Positions 1 through 9,732 of a stretch of 44,712 nucleotides of DNA are shown piece after piece. Each line of letters opens with the position of its first letter. Positions within the stretch are counted from its first letter, which is position 1. A model generated the notes under the pieces. The model saw only the letters and a program-made list of their open reading frames with translations. It was not told where the DNA came from and ran no database searches. The translations under genes and the position numbers were made by a program. This DNA comes from Oscillospiraceae bacterium (lineage in GTDB: Bacteria > Bacillota > Clostridia > Oscillospirales > Oscillospiraceae), in NCBI GenBank assembly GCA_031255955.1, contig JAIRRO010000117.1, positions 1-44,712 of the forward strand, read 5' to 3'.

Positions 1-145
1 AGGCGCCGAGAATGACGCCCGCCACAGCGTAGGACGTCAAAATACGCGCCGGTGTAAGTCCGCTTTTATCGATTAAAAGCTGCCCGACGGCGCAGAGCGC
101 TCCCCCGACGAAAAACACTTTAATAAACGTAAAAATCATATCCAT
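1..145 (-). CDS. spoVAE: Stage V sporulation protein AE (SpoVAEB-type), first 48 codons only; truncated by the left window edge
   Basis: Hand translation of the reverse strand from ATG at 145 gives MDMIFTFIKVFFVGGALCAVGQLLIDKSGLTPARILTSYAVAGVILGA, a typical SpoVAC/SpoVAEB N-terminus. GGAG lies about 11 nt upstream and the ORF is directly downstream of spoVAD. It is absent from the ORF track because it is truncated. Confidence 0.7.
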   Translation of the reverse strand, partial: MDMIFTFIKVFFVGGALCAVGQLLIDKSGLTPARILTSYAVAGVILGA

Positions 146-182
146 TTCAATTTCGCTCCGTTTCGTTAAGCTCCCGTATGGT

Positions 183-1259
183 TTAAGCGTGGTTTTCAAT
201 CGATACCGCGTAGCATATGGACGGTATGCTCTCGCCCTGCTGCGCCGACAGTGAGGACATCATTGCGCCTGTTGCGGCAAACAACACGCGTTCCAAGCGT
301 CCCTTTTTCATCGCGCGCAGGATATACCCCGCCAGCACGGATGCGCCGCAGCCGCAGCCGGATCCCCCCGCTTGAACATCCTGATCCCCGCTCTCCGCCG
401 TCTTCCCCGCGGCAAAGCGGTTCGGCTTGTCCGCATTGCCCCGGGAATATATAAGCAGACCGCAGTCGGTGTAGTTTTTGCCGAGGCGTGGTCCGCCTCC
501 ATCAGAAAACAGCTCGCGCAGCAGCTCCGAGCCGAGCGCGCCGAGGTCGCCCGTTACAATCAAATCATAATAATCCGGCGCGCGTCCCGTGTCGTTAAAG
601 TGCGCCGAGAGCGTGTCGTATGCGGCGGGTGCCATCGCCGCACCCATATTGTTCGCGTCGCGAATCCCGGCGTCCACGATTCTGCCGGAGGTAAAGCGCG
701 TTATATACGGAGGGGCGGCGCTCTCCCCCACTATCACAGCTCCCGCGCCCGTCACCGTCCATTGCGCTGTCGGCGTGCGCTGTCCGCCGTATTCTAACGG
801 AAAACGAAACTGCCGCTCCGCGCCGCAGAAGTGCGACGACGTCATGGCGGCGGCGTTCGATGCAAAACCCCCGTCCACTGCCATAGAAGCGAGAATCAGA
901 CTTTCCGCCATGGTTGAGCACGCCCCGTACACGCCGAAAAACGGTATTCCGCTGCCGCGCAGCCCGAAGGCGGAGCCGACGCATTGATTCAACAAATCCC
1001 CGGCGAAAACGAAATCCGGCGAAGCCATATCGGCTTTCTTTAACGCCTCTGAAAGGGCGAGGCGCTGCATCTCGCTTTCGGCTTTTTCCCACGTTTCCAT
1101 ACCGAAAAAGCTGTCCTCATTCAAAATGTCGAATTCCCCGCGCAGCGGACCCTCGCCCTCTTTTTTCCCGCCGACACACGCCGACGCCAAAACGGACGGC
1201 GGACTTAAAAACGCGAATGTACGCTCGCCAAGTTTTTTATTAATCATTCTGATTTTCAC
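183..1259 (-). CDS. spoVAD: Stage V sporulation protein AD (thiolase-fold, dipicolinate uptake channel component)
   Basis: 358-aa ORF. Length and sequence (GACSTMAESL, TSSHFCGAERQFRFPLEYG, AGGSGCGCSA-like GGSGCGCGAS) are typical of SpoVAD. It is followed by spoVAE. Confidence 0.9.
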   Translation of the reverse strand: MKIRMINKKLGERTFAFLSPPSVLASACVGGKKEGEGPLRGEFDILNEDSFFGMETWEKAESEMQRLALSEALKKADMASPDFVFAGDLLNQCVGSAFGLRGSGIPFFGVYGACSTMAESLILASMAVDGGFASNAAAMTSSHFCGAERQFRFPLEYGGQRTPTAQWTVTGAGAVIVGESAAPPYITRFTSGRIVDAGIRDANNMGAAMAPAAYDTLSAHFNDTGRAPDYYDLIVTGDLGALGSELLRELFSDGGGPRLGKNYTDCGLLIYSRGNADKPNRFAAGKTAESGDQDVQAGGSGCGCGASVLAGYILRAMKKGRLERVLFAATGAMMSSLSAQQGESIPSICYAVSIENHA

Positions 1260-1314
1260 CCCCGTTGCGATTGTATATATCGCATAGCTTGTGCGATTTG
1301 GGGGAATTTATTAC

Positions 1315-1346
1315 AAAAGCGCCGCCGCTCAAATGAGCGGCGGCGC
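1315..1346 (-). terminator. Rho-independent terminator ending the acyl-CoA DH-etfB-etfA operon
   Basis: Perfect 12-bp GC-rich stem gcgccgccgctc/gagcggcggcgc (1319-1330 / 1335-1346) with a 4-nt loop. On the minus strand it is followed by TTTTGTAA, 26 nt after the etfA stop. Confidence 0.6.
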
Positions 1347-1371
1347 TTCGCCGTGAATTTTTTTGCCGATT

Positions 1372-2556
1372 TTAGCCCAGCACTTCAAGCAGGGCGGGGA
1401 TTACCTTGTACAGGTCGCCGACGATGCCATAGTCCGCCACCTCAAATATCGGGGCGTTCTCGTTCTTGTTTATCGCGACGATATATCCGGAGTTTTGCAT
1501 TCCGGCAAGGTGCTGGATAGCGCCGGAGATACCGCAGGCGAAGTAAATCGTCGGTTTCACCGTTGTGCCTGTCTGCCCGACCTGATGACTGTGGTCAATC
1601 CATCCGGCGTCAACAGCCGCGCGGGACGAGCCAACCACGCCGCCCAGACGGTCAGCCAGCTGCTTTATCACCTTAAAGCCGTCCGGTCCGCCCAGCCCTG
1701 CGCCGCCGGAGACGATTATCTTCGCATCCGTGAGCGAAACCTGCTCGGTCAGCCCTTTTACAATCTCTAATACCTTTTGGCGAATGTCGCCTTCTTTATA
1801 CACGGGCGTCAGCTTGATCAGCTCGCCCTTTGCGCCTGACTTTCTTTCGGGCTTCTCCATAACGCCCGGGCGCACCGTGGACATCTGCGGGCGGTGGGAC
1901 GGGCAGAGAATTGTAGCCATCAGATTGCCGCCAAACGCCGGACGCGTCTGCATAAGCTTCTTATCCTCCGGGTCGATATCAAGCTGTGTGCAGTCGGCTG
2001 TCAGACCTGTGCCGCACTGAACGGCAAGGCAGGGTCCGAGGTCGCGCCCGATGTGCGTTGCCCCGAGCAGGACGATTTCGGGCTTATATTTCAGGATGGC
2101 TTCGTATATGACCTTTGTGTAAGAATCGGTGTTGTACGTTTTCAGCTCCGGCGCGTCGGCATAATACACCTTGTCCGCGCCGTACTCATAAAGCTCGTCA
2201 ACAAGGGTGTCAACCTTTTCGCCGCAAAGAATGGCGCAGAGCTTGCAGCCGATTTCACCGGCGAGCTTTTTGCCCTCTCCCATCAGCTCGATGGATACGT
2301 TCATCAGCTTGCCGTCGCGCTGCTCGGCGAAAACCCAAACGTCGTGATACAGCGTAACATCGACGGCGCCCTTCTTTTCCTCCGCGACGTTCTCGATTGC
2401 CTTAAACGGGCAGACGTCGACGCACTTGCCGCAGTTTGTGCACTTGGGTCCGATAACCGCAATTTTTTCTTGCATCGTTATCGCTTCAAAAGGACATTCC
2501 TTTACGCATTTTGTGCAGCCCTTGCACTTGTCGTTTAATATTTTTACAGACATCAA
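1372..2556 (-). CDS. etfA: Electron transfer flavoprotein alpha subunit with N-terminal 2x[4Fe-4S] ferredoxin domain
   Basis: 394 aa. The N-terminus has [12 protein letters not shown] and [12 protein letters not shown] motifs. The rest is EtfA-like, with the C-terminal FAD region [19 protein letters not shown]. Confidence 0.9.
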   Translation of the reverse strand: MMSVKILNDKCKGCTKCVKECPFEAITMQEKIAVIGPKCTNCGKCVDVCPFKAIENVAEEKKGAVDVTLYHDVWVFAEQRDGKLMNVSIELMGEGKKLAGEIGCKLCAILCGEKVDTLVDELYEYGADKVYYADAPELKTYNTDSYTKVIYEAILKYKPEIVLLGATHIGRDLGPCLAVQCGTGLTADCTQLDIDPEDKKLMQTRPAFGGNLMATILCPSHRPQMSTVRPGVMEKPERKSGAKGELIKLTPVYKEGDIRQKVLEIVKGLTEQVSLTDAKIIVSGGAGLGGPDGFKVIKQLADRLGGVVGSSRAAVDAGWIDHSHQVGQTGTTVKPTIYFACGISGAIQHLAGMQNSGYIVAINKNENAPIFEVADYGIVGDLYKVIPALLEVLG

Positions 2557-2568
2557 TAAATCCCCCTG

Positions 2569-3363
2569 TTATATGACGTGCTTCTCTCGAAGCTTTCCGA
2601 CAAGCGCCGCCGCCATTTCGCCGATTGATCCGGACAGCATTTCGCCCTTGCCCTTGGGGGGAGGGGTGAAGCTACGGAACACCTGCGTCGGGGACGCCTT
2701 CAAGCCGCAGTCCTCGGCTTTCAGATTAATGTCGTTTTCATTCCAAATCTTGATTTCCGCTTTGTAAGCGTTCTCAATGCGCTCGACGGACATATAGCGT
2801 GGTGTGTTCAATTCTTTTACGGCTGTCAGCAGGCAGGGCATTTCGACCTCTATGACTTCATAGCCGTCCTCAAGCTGGCGTTCAACCACAACTGACTTCT
2901 TTTTAATTTCGCGGATTTTTTGGACATATGTCACGGACGGAATCCCGAGGCGCTGAGCCGTCTGCGGTCCCACCTGAGCCGTATCTCCGTCAATCGCCTG
3001 ACGCCCGGCAAAGATGATGTCATACGCGCCAATGCCGCGGATACCGGCAGCCAGCGTGGTGGATGTGGCGCATGTGTCCGCGCCGCCGAAGGTGCGGGAG
3101 GAGAGCAGATAGGCGTCGTCCGCGCCCATCGCAAGACATTCGCGCAGCATATATGCCGCCTGCGGAGGTCCCATAGAGAGGATGCTGACGCTGATTTTGG
3201 AATCCTTGTCCTTCAGCTGAAGCGCAGCCTCAAGCGCGTTTGCGTCGTCGGGATTAAGAATTGACGGCACGCCGTCACGAATAAGCGTACCCTTGACGGG
3301 GTCGATTTTGACCTCGTTTGTATCGGGCACCTGTTTTGCACAAACAATAATTTTCATATCCAA
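2569..3363 (-). CDS. etfB: Electron transfer flavoprotein beta subunit
   Basis: 264 aa starting MKIIVCAKQVPDT..., the canonical EtfB N-terminus. It sits between the acyl-CoA DH and etfA. Confidence 0.9.
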   Translation of the reverse strand: MDMKIIVCAKQVPDTNEVKIDPVKGTLIRDGVPSILNPDDANALEAALQLKDKDSKISVSILSMGPPQAAYMLRECLAMGADDAYLLSSRTFGGADTCATSTTLAAGIRGIGAYDIIFAGRQAIDGDTAQVGPQTAQRLGIPSVTYVQKIREIKKKSVVVERQLEDGYEVIEVEMPCLLTAVKELNTPRYMSVERIENAYKAEIKIWNENDINLKAEDCGLKASPTQVFRSFTPPPKGKGEMLSGSIGEMAAALVGKLREKHVI

Positions 3364-3368
3364 CCTCC

Positions 3369-4514
3369 TTATTTCTTCAGCAGCGCGCCGGATATAACCA
3401 TCTGCTGAACCTGGCTTGTACCCTCGAAGATCGTGAACACGCGGCAGTCGCGATAAATGCGCTCGACTTTGTATTCCTTTATGTAGCCATAGCCGCCGTG
3501 AATTTGAACGGCTTTTCCGGCTATCTCATTGCATATCTCCGTCGCGTAATACTTCGCCATTGACGCCGCCGTACCGGCTTCCGGACTGTTCATTTCTTTA
3601 AGCTGCGCCGCGCGATAGACAAGCTCCTTCGCCGCTTGCAGCTTTGTCGCCATATCCGCAATCATAAAGCTGATGGCTTGGAAATCCGCGATGCGCTGAC
3701 CGAACTGGCGACGCTCCTTGGCGTATTTAATCGCCTCGTCAAGCGCGCCTTGCGCCACACCGATGCTCATGGCGGCGACGCCGATACGCCCGATGTCCAA
3801 GGTTTTCATCGCGTTCTGGAATCCGCGGTTTTCCTCTCCGAGTATATCCGATTCGTGAACGCGCACGTCCTCCAGAATAATATCAGAGGTGGGACAGCCG
3901 ATGATGCCCATCTTATGCTCTGCCTTGCCGCAGGAAACGCCGGGCAGCTTCATATCCACGATGAAGGCTGAAATCCCGCGCGAGCCTTTTTGCGTGAGGT
4001 CGGTTTTCGCGTAGACGATTGCCCAATCCGCCACCGGAGCCGTGGTGATAAACGTTTTACGCCCGTTGAGTACCCAATACTCTCCGTCGCGTATCGCCGT
4101 TGTCGTTGTACCGCCGGCGTCAGAGCCCGCGCCCGGCTCTGTGAGCGCGAACGCCATAATCTTCTCTCCCGTTGCTATCGGCGGGAGATACTTTTTCAGC
4201 TGCTCCTCTGTACCGGCAAGCATCAGCGGTCCGCCGCCGAGGGAGTTCGGCGCGGAAACCCAAATGTCCGTCACCGCCGACACCCGTCCGAGCTCCTCTA
4301 ATATGATGACATAAGAGAGATAGTCGGAGCCTTGTCCACCGTACTCCTTGGGCGTTTTCACCCCGAAGAAGCCCGCCTTGCCCATTTTTGCGAGCAGCTC
4401 CGTTGGGTACGTTGCTGTCGCTTCGATCTCGTCCAATATGTCGTTCGTCAATTCCGTTTCCGCGAAATCGCGCGCGAGCTTCCGGATGAGATCATGCTTT
4501 TCCGAAAAAATCAT
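3369..4514 (-). CDS. Acyl-CoA dehydrogenase (butyryl-CoA dehydrogenase-like; substrate not determinable)
   Basis: 381 aa with ACAD-family motifs (FALTEPGAGSD, QIHGGYGY, RDCRVFTIFEGTSQVQ). First gene of the ACAD-etfB-etfA operon. Confidence 0.9.
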   Translation of the reverse strand: MIFSEKHDLIRKLARDFAETELTNDILDEIEATATYPTELLAKMGKAGFFGVKTPKEYGGQGSDYLSYVIILEELGRVSAVTDIWVSAPNSLGGGPLMLAGTEEQLKKYLPPIATGEKIMAFALTEPGAGSDAGGTTTTAIRDGEYWVLNGRKTFITTAPVADWAIVYAKTDLTQKGSRGISAFIVDMKLPGVSCGKAEHKMGIIGCPTSDIILEDVRVHESDILGEENRGFQNAMKTLDIGRIGVAAMSIGVAQGALDEAIKYAKERRQFGQRIADFQAISFMIADMATKLQAAKELVYRAAQLKEMNSPEAGTAASMAKYYATEICNEIAGKAVQIHGGYGYIKEYKVERIYRDCRVFTIFEGTSQVQQMVISGALLKK

Positions 4515-4649
4515 TGCGTATCCTCCTGAATAATTTTGTGCAGCCTCCGTCGGCTGCCAAAAAGCGCGTCGAGCGGACGCAGTTTTTGACCTTACACTTA
4601 TTATAAAGACTTTCGGGGAAAATTATATTATTTTCTTTACTACTTTTTC

Positions 4650-4678
4650 TTGAAAAGTTTCGTATTTTATGCTAAACT
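4650..4678 (+). promoter_or_regulatory. Candidate sigma-A promoter for the LuxR-family gene
   Basis: TTGAAA (4650-4655), 17-nt spacer, TAAACT (4673-4678), in an AT-rich divergent intergenic region. Confidence 0.35.
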
Positions 4679-4731
4679 GACGTTGACTCAATACCTAAAT
4701 ATACGTATCAGCGTTTCACGGCAATACTTAT

Positions 4732-5529
4732 TTGAGAGGGGCAAGCTTCGTGAGCTCAACATTATTCGACTATGAATGGCAGTTTTTATTGCAGATGGTC
4801 ACGCGTATAAATTACTCGGAATCCTACGCCGATGTGTGCAATGTGATTCTTCAGCAGATAAAAACATTGATTCCGTATCAGAACGGGGTGGTCTTTCGCT
4901 CCGCGCGGCTGAAGGGGGACGTCGTCCTGTCGAATCCCATCACAACAGAGGACGTGGACGATGAATCCGACCACGCGTTTTTTACGGAGGGCGATTATCC
5001 CCACTGGAACGAATTTGTGATGGCGCCGTACAGCATAGTGTTTCGGCAGTCGGATATCATCCCCGCGGCAAAATGGGAGAAAACGCGCGTTTATCGCGAG
5101 GTATGGCTGCCGAAAAACAATTATTGGGGGCTGTTCGTGTCTCTTGTCCACGCGGACTCTCCGCTTGCCGTGCTGGGACTTATGCGCCCGCCCTCCGACG
5201 AGGACTTTTCCCCGCGGGACATTTATATCCTCAACGCATTAAAGGACCCCGTCGAACGAAAATTCAGCAGCATTTTTGAGAATAAGTATCTCAGAAACGG
5301 AAACCTTATATTCAGCGACCGCATCAAGAAGGCGCTGGCGCAATATAATTTTACGCGGCGCGAGACTGAAATCGTCGCCTTGGCGTGCAGCGGAAAATCG
5401 TCTGAGGAGATGTGCAGCCAGCTGTTTATCACCCACGCGACGCTTGCAAAGCACCTCTCAAACATCTACAGCAAGACAAAGGTGAAGAACAGAACGCAGC
5501 TGTTCAGCCTGTTCAGCAAGATTTTTTAA
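4732..5529 (+). CDS. LuxR-family transcriptional regulator (C-terminal HTH; N-terminal domain unassigned)
   Basis: The C-terminus TRRETEIVALACSGKSSEEMCSQLFITHATLAKHLSNIYSKTKVKNRTQL is a LuxR/GerE HTH. The start is uncertain (TTG at 4732, GTG at 4750, ATG at 4773). Confidence 0.8.
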   Translation: MRGASFVSSTLFDYEWQFLLQMVTRINYSESYADVCNVILQQIKTLIPYQNGVVFRSARLKGDVVLSNPITTEDVDDESDHAFFTEGDYPHWNEFVMAPYSIVFRQSDIIPAAKWEKTRVYREVWLPKNNYWGLFVSLVHADSPLAVLGLMRPPSDEDFSPRDIYILNALKDPVERKFSSIFENKYLRNGNLIFSDRIKKALAQYNFTRRETEIVALACSGKSSEEMCSQLFITHATLAKHLSNIYSKTKVKNRTQLFSLFSKIF

Positions 5530-5546
5530 TCCTCCGTTTTTTCGGC

Positions 5547-5575
5547 TTGCCAAGACAACCGCGACGTGCTATTAT
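5547..5575 (+). promoter_or_regulatory. Candidate sigma-A promoter for rubrerythrin
   Basis: TTGCCA (5547-5552), 17-nt spacer, TATTAT (5570-5575), about 75 nt upstream of the rbr ATG. Confidence 0.4.
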
Positions 5576-5650
5576 GTAGCACCGCGGCGCGAAATCGATA
5601 TGCCGCCGCGAAAAACAAAACACCAAATATGAAAGGAACGGTCAAATAAT

Positions 5651-6196
5651 ATGGCGAAGGACTTAAAAGGCAGCAAAACAGAAGCGAATCTTCTGGCGGC
5701 GTTCGCCGGGGAGTGTCAGGCGCGTGTGAAATACGGCTATTACGCCTCGCAGGCGCGCCGGGACGGCTATGAGCAGATAGCCGATATCTTTCAGGAGACC
5801 TCTGACAACGAGAAGGAACACGCCAAGATGTGGTTCAAGCTCCTGCACGGCGGGGCTGTGCCGCCCACAACAACAAATCTTGATGACGCCGCCGACGGCG
5901 AAAACTATGAATGGACTGATATGTACGCGGGCTTTGCCGCCGACGCGCGCGCGGAGGGCTTTGACGATATAGCCCGAAAGTTTGAGATGGTGGCTGCCGT
6001 CGAGAAGGAACACGAGGAGCGCTATCGCAAGCTGCTCGCCAACATCAACAGCGGACTGGTTTTCTCCCGCGACGGGGATACAGTGTGGATATGCGCCAAC
6101 TGCGGGCACATCGTTATCGGCAAGAAAGCGCCGGAGGTCTGTCCTGCTTGCGCGCATCCCAAGGCGTATTTTCAAATCAAAGCGGCGAATTATTAA
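5651..6196 (+). CDS. rbr: Rubrerythrin
   Basis: 181 aa with a ferritin-like diiron domain ([34 protein letters not shown]) and a C-terminal rubredoxin-like CANCGH...CPACAHP. Confidence 0.9.
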   Translation: MAKDLKGSKTEANLLAAFAGECQARVKYGYYASQARRDGYEQIADIFQETSDNEKEHAKMWFKLLHGGAVPPTTTNLDDAADGENYEWTDMYAGFAADARAEGFDDIARKFEMVAAVEKEHEERYRKLLANINSGLVFSRDGDTVWICANCGHIVIGKKAPEVCPACAHPKAYFQIKAANY

Positions 6197-6273
6197 ATAG
6201 TCGCGCGCGGCGCGGCTGCTAAAGCAAAAAATTATCTCTGCAAGAAATTATTTTTAAGGAATGGTTACGAAAG

Positions 6274-7107
6274 ATGAATTCACCAAAGGAAGTAGCTCAA
6301 AACTATCTGGCGATCGGGGAGAGCAAAACAAAGCTCTCCGCCGGACGCGCGCTTGTTCTCGCGATACTCGCGGGGATGTTTATCGGACTTGCGGGGGCCG
6401 GCGCCACCATAGCCTCCGCCACTATCGCCTCACCCTCTCTGGCTAAGCTCATCGGGGCGCTTGTTTTCCCCGTCGGTCTTGCTATGACGCTTGTTGCGGG
6501 CAGCGAGCTGTTCACCGGCAACTGCCTGATCATCATCCCCGTGTTGGAGCGCCGCGCGCGGCTCTCCGGCATGCTCCGCAATTGGTTTTTTGTATACATA
6601 GGGAACCTGATCGGCGGTCTGCTTGTCGCGGCTCTCGCGGTTTACGGCGGGACATTCAGTTTGTTTGACAATGCCGCCGCCGCGTCCGTTATCAACACCG
6701 CTGTTGCCAAGGTATCGCTCTCCTTCGGGGATGCGCTGCTGCGCGGCATACTTTGTAATTTTCTTGTTTGCATCGCCGTGTGGATGTCCTTCGCCGCGAA
6801 GGATGTGGTGGGCAAGATTTCAGGGCTGTTTTTGCCCGTGATGCTGTTCGTGCTGTCCGGCTATGAACACAGCGTCGCGAATATGTACTACATCTCCGCG
6901 GGACTTTTCGCCGCGAAATCCCCCGCATATGCCGCCGCTGCGACAGCCAATCTCACCAAGCTGAGATGGGATACAATGTTCACCAAAAATCTGCTGCCCG
7001 TCACCATCGGCAACATAATCGGCGGGGCGCTGCTTGTCGGCGCGGCTTACTGGTTTGCATATATCAGAGGCGGGGACGGCGCGAAGAAGCCCGAGCCGAA
7101 GAAATAG
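6274..7107 (+). CDS. Formate/nitrite transporter (FNT) family channel
   Basis: 277-aa polytopic membrane protein with FNT signatures (VFPVGLAMTLVAGSELFTGN, SGYEHSVANMY). Confidence 0.85.
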   Translation: MNSPKEVAQNYLAIGESKTKLSAGRALVLAILAGMFIGLAGAGATIASATIASPSLAKLIGALVFPVGLAMTLVAGSELFTGNCLIIIPVLERRARLSGMLRNWFFVYIGNLIGGLLVAALAVYGGTFSLFDNAAAASVINTAVAKVSLSFGDALLRGILCNFLVCIAVWMSFAAKDVVGKISGLFLPVMLFVLSGYEHSVANMYYISAGLFAAKSPAYAAAATANLTKLRWDTMFTKNLLPVTIGNIIGGALLVGAAYWFAYIRGGDGAKKPEPKK

Positions 7108-7118
7108 CTTCATATTAA

Positions 7119-8126
7119 ATGGACAGTGTAAATATTTTCGGCAAATCCGTCAACAAAAACGGCTTTGGCGCGTTGCCGATTCAGCGCATACCGGCGGACG
7201 ACGCCGTCCGCCTGACGCGTCGCGCGCTGGAAAACGGGATTACATACTTCGATTCGGCGCGCGCGTACACCGACAGCGAGTATAAGCTCGGCTTGGCGTT
7301 TGAGGGGATGCGTGAGCGCGTTATCATTGCCACCAAGACGATGGGCGGCACGGTTGAGCTGTTTTGGCGGCAGCTTGCGGAGTCACTTGAGCTGCTGCGC
7401 ACCGACTATATCGATGTGTATCAATTCCACAACCCCGCGTTTTGCCCCAAGCCCGGCGACGGCTCCGGTCTGTATGAGGCTATGCTGGAGGCGCGTGAGC
7501 AGGGTAAAATACGGCACATCGGCATCACCAATCACCGTCTTCCGATAGCCCGCGAGGCTATGGAGTCCGGTCTTTACGAGATAATTCAATATCCCTTCAA
7601 CTATCTTTCGTCCGATGAGGAGACTGCGTTTGTCCGCGAATGCGGGGAGCGCGGCATCACCGTTGTCGCGATGAAATCGCTCTCCGGCGGGCTTATCACA
7701 AGCTCCGCCGCGGCTTACGCGTATCTGCGTACATTCGCGAATGTGCTGCCCATCTGGGGGATTCAACGCGAGCGTGAGCTTGACGAATTTTTATCTTACC
7801 AGGACAACCCGCCGCAGCTTGCCGGGGAAATTCTTGAGACTATATCCTGCGATAAGCAATCGCTCGGCGGGGATTTCTGCCGCGGCTGCGGATATTGTAT
7901 GCCGTGTCCGGAGGGCTTTGAGATTCCGACGCTGGCGCGACTCTCTCTGCTCCTGCGGCGCGCGCCGGAGGCTGTCTATTTGACGGATGACTTTGCGCAG
8001 CGCGTTGAGGCTATTGAAAACTGCCGCCACTGCGGTGCCTGCACATCCAAGTGTCCCTATTCCCTCGACACGCCGCGCCTCCTGCGGGACAATCTTGAGG
8101 ACTACCGCGCGTTCAAAAAGCTCTGA
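7119..8126 (+). CDS. Aldo/keto reductase with C-terminal 4Fe-4S binding domain
   Basis: AKR fold motifs (YFDSARAYTDSE, IGITNH) and a C-terminal CRGCGYCMPCP ... CRHCGACTSKCP. Confidence 0.85.
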   Translation: MDSVNIFGKSVNKNGFGALPIQRIPADDAVRLTRRALENGITYFDSARAYTDSEYKLGLAFEGMRERVIIATKTMGGTVELFWRQLAESLELLRTDYIDVYQFHNPAFCPKPGDGSGLYEAMLEAREQGKIRHIGITNHRLPIAREAMESGLYEIIQYPFNYLSSDEETAFVRECGERGITVVAMKSLSGGLITSSAAAYAYLRTFANVLPIWGIQRERELDEFLSYQDNPPQLAGEILETISCDKQSLGGDFCRGCGYCMPCPEGFEIPTLARLSLLLRRAPEAVYLTDDFAQRVEAIENCRHCGACTSKCPYSLDTPRLLRDNLEDYRAFKKL

Positions 8127-8254
8127 GGTTAGGCGACCGTATAGTATGAGGTTCTAGTACACAATTTTTGTGCGAAGCATCATATCAAAGAGAGGCAGGA
8201 TACAGGATTCTCGCGCAATCACACAATAATTTTATACCTTTACATCCATCACCT

Positions 8255-9160
8255 TCACCCCTGCGGGGGGTGCCCGCGGAGGTATTCAGCCGCCGACATG
8301 CGTTTGCTGTTCGGCGGCTGAAGCTCTGTTATCAGCACAGAGCCGCCGGAGCAGGCGACTTCTATTCCATCCTTGCCGGTTGAAATAATCTCTCCCGCAG
8401 TGCCTGTCGCCACCGCGCCGCGCCGCGCCGAAAATATTTTCAGCTCGCGCCCGAAAAGCTCTGTCCTTGCAACTGGCCACGGGTTTAAGGCGCGGATTTG
8501 GCACAGAATTTCATCCGCGGAGCTGTGCCAGTCTATCGGCGATAAATCCTTTGTCAGCGGCGGGGCATAGCTCGCCGCCGCGTGGTTTTGCGGCGTTCGC
8601 GGCGCCGTTCCGCGGGCAATCGCCGCCACCGTTTCCGATAAAAGCTCCGCGCCCAGTACCGATAAGCGCTCAAAAAGCTCTCCGGAGGTTTCGCTTTCAC
8701 CGATTTCCACCTCCCGCGTGAGGATTATATCGCCCGCGTCAAGCTCCCCCGACATATACATACTTGTGACGCCGGTGGCGGTTTCGCCGCCCAGTATCGC
8801 CCGCTGAATGGGCGCCGCACCGCGGTATTTGGGTAGTATTGAGGCGTGGATATTCACACAGCCGAATGGCGGCAGCTCCAAAATTTCGCGCGGGAGCAGC
8901 TTTCCATACGCCACAACGGCGATTAGCTCCGGAGCGAGGTCCCGCAGAATTTTTTCCGCCTCTCCGCGCAGTGTATCCGGCTGATATATCAGGCTTTTTC
9001 CCTCCGCAAGCTGCTTCACAGGCGGCGCCGTGAGGCGCATGCCGCGCCCGGAGGGTTTACCCGGACGTGTGAACACCGCCGGTATTTCGTGTCCGTCGGC
9101 GTAGAGCTGTTCTAAGGCGCGCGCGGCGAAATCCGGCGTACCCATAAATACGATTCTCAA
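8255..9160 (-). CDS. fmt: Methionyl-tRNA formyltransferase
   Basis: Starts MRIVFMGTPDFA and contains NIHASILPKYRGAAPIQRAIL. Overlaps the def stop by 4 nt. Confidence 0.92.
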   Translation of the reverse strand: MRIVFMGTPDFAARALEQLYADGHEIPAVFTRPGKPSGRGMRLTAPPVKQLAEGKSLIYQPDTLRGEAEKILRDLAPELIAVVAYGKLLPREILELPPFGCVNIHASILPKYRGAAPIQRAILGGETATGVTSMYMSGELDAGDIILTREVEIGESETSGELFERLSVLGAELLSETVAAIARGTAPRTPQNHAAASYAPPLTKDLSPIDWHSSADEILCQIRALNPWPVARTELFGRELKIFSARRGAVATGTAGEIISTGKDGIEVACSGGSVLITELQPPNSKRMSAAEYLRGHPPQG

Positions 9161-9678
9161 GCGTCCTCACCCTCGCGGCGGCTTGCAAGCTCGTCCATTT
9201 CCTCGTCTGTGAGATAGCGCGAGACATATGTCGAAAACATTATGCCGTCCAGATGGTCAAGCTCGTGGCAGAACGCCCGCGCCGTAAGACCCTCGCCCCA
9301 CGCTTCAAATTCCTTGCCGTATCTGTCCGTCGCGCGCACCTTTACGAGCTGCGGGCGCTTCACCATTCCATAAATACCGGGGGCGGAAAGGCAGCCCTCC
9401 GCACCATCCTGCTCGCCGGAGCTGGCTATTATTTCGGGGTTTATCAGCTCAATTATCTGATCTGATACATCCTCGCTTTCGATGGATGTATCCACGACAA
9501 GCACGGCACGGCGCAGCACGCCGACCTGCGGCGCGGCGAGTCCCAGTCCGTTCGCCTCGATAAGCGTCTCGCGCATATCGTCCAGCAGCTTGTGCAGCCG
9601 CGCGTTATAATCCGTGACGGCGCGGCTTTTTTTCAAAAGCGCGGCGTCCCCGTCCTTTAAAATATTTCTGAGAGCCAT
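9157..9678 (-). CDS. def: Peptide deformylase
   Basis: Contains GLAAPQVG, EGCLS and HELDHL metal-site motifs. Confidence 0.92.
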   Translation of the reverse strand: MALRNILKDGDAALLKKSRAVTDYNARLHKLLDDMRETLIEANGLGLAAPQVGVLRRAVLVVDTSIESEDVSDQIIELINPEIIASSGEQDGAEGCLSAPGIYGMVKRPQLVKVRATDRYGKEFEAWGEGLTARAFCHELDHLDGIMFSTYVSRYLTDEEMDELASRREGEDA

Positions 9679-9732
9679 AATTGCTATCTCCTGTCCTTTC
9701 GTCTCTTTATCCGTTGTTCGCGCTTGTCCGCG

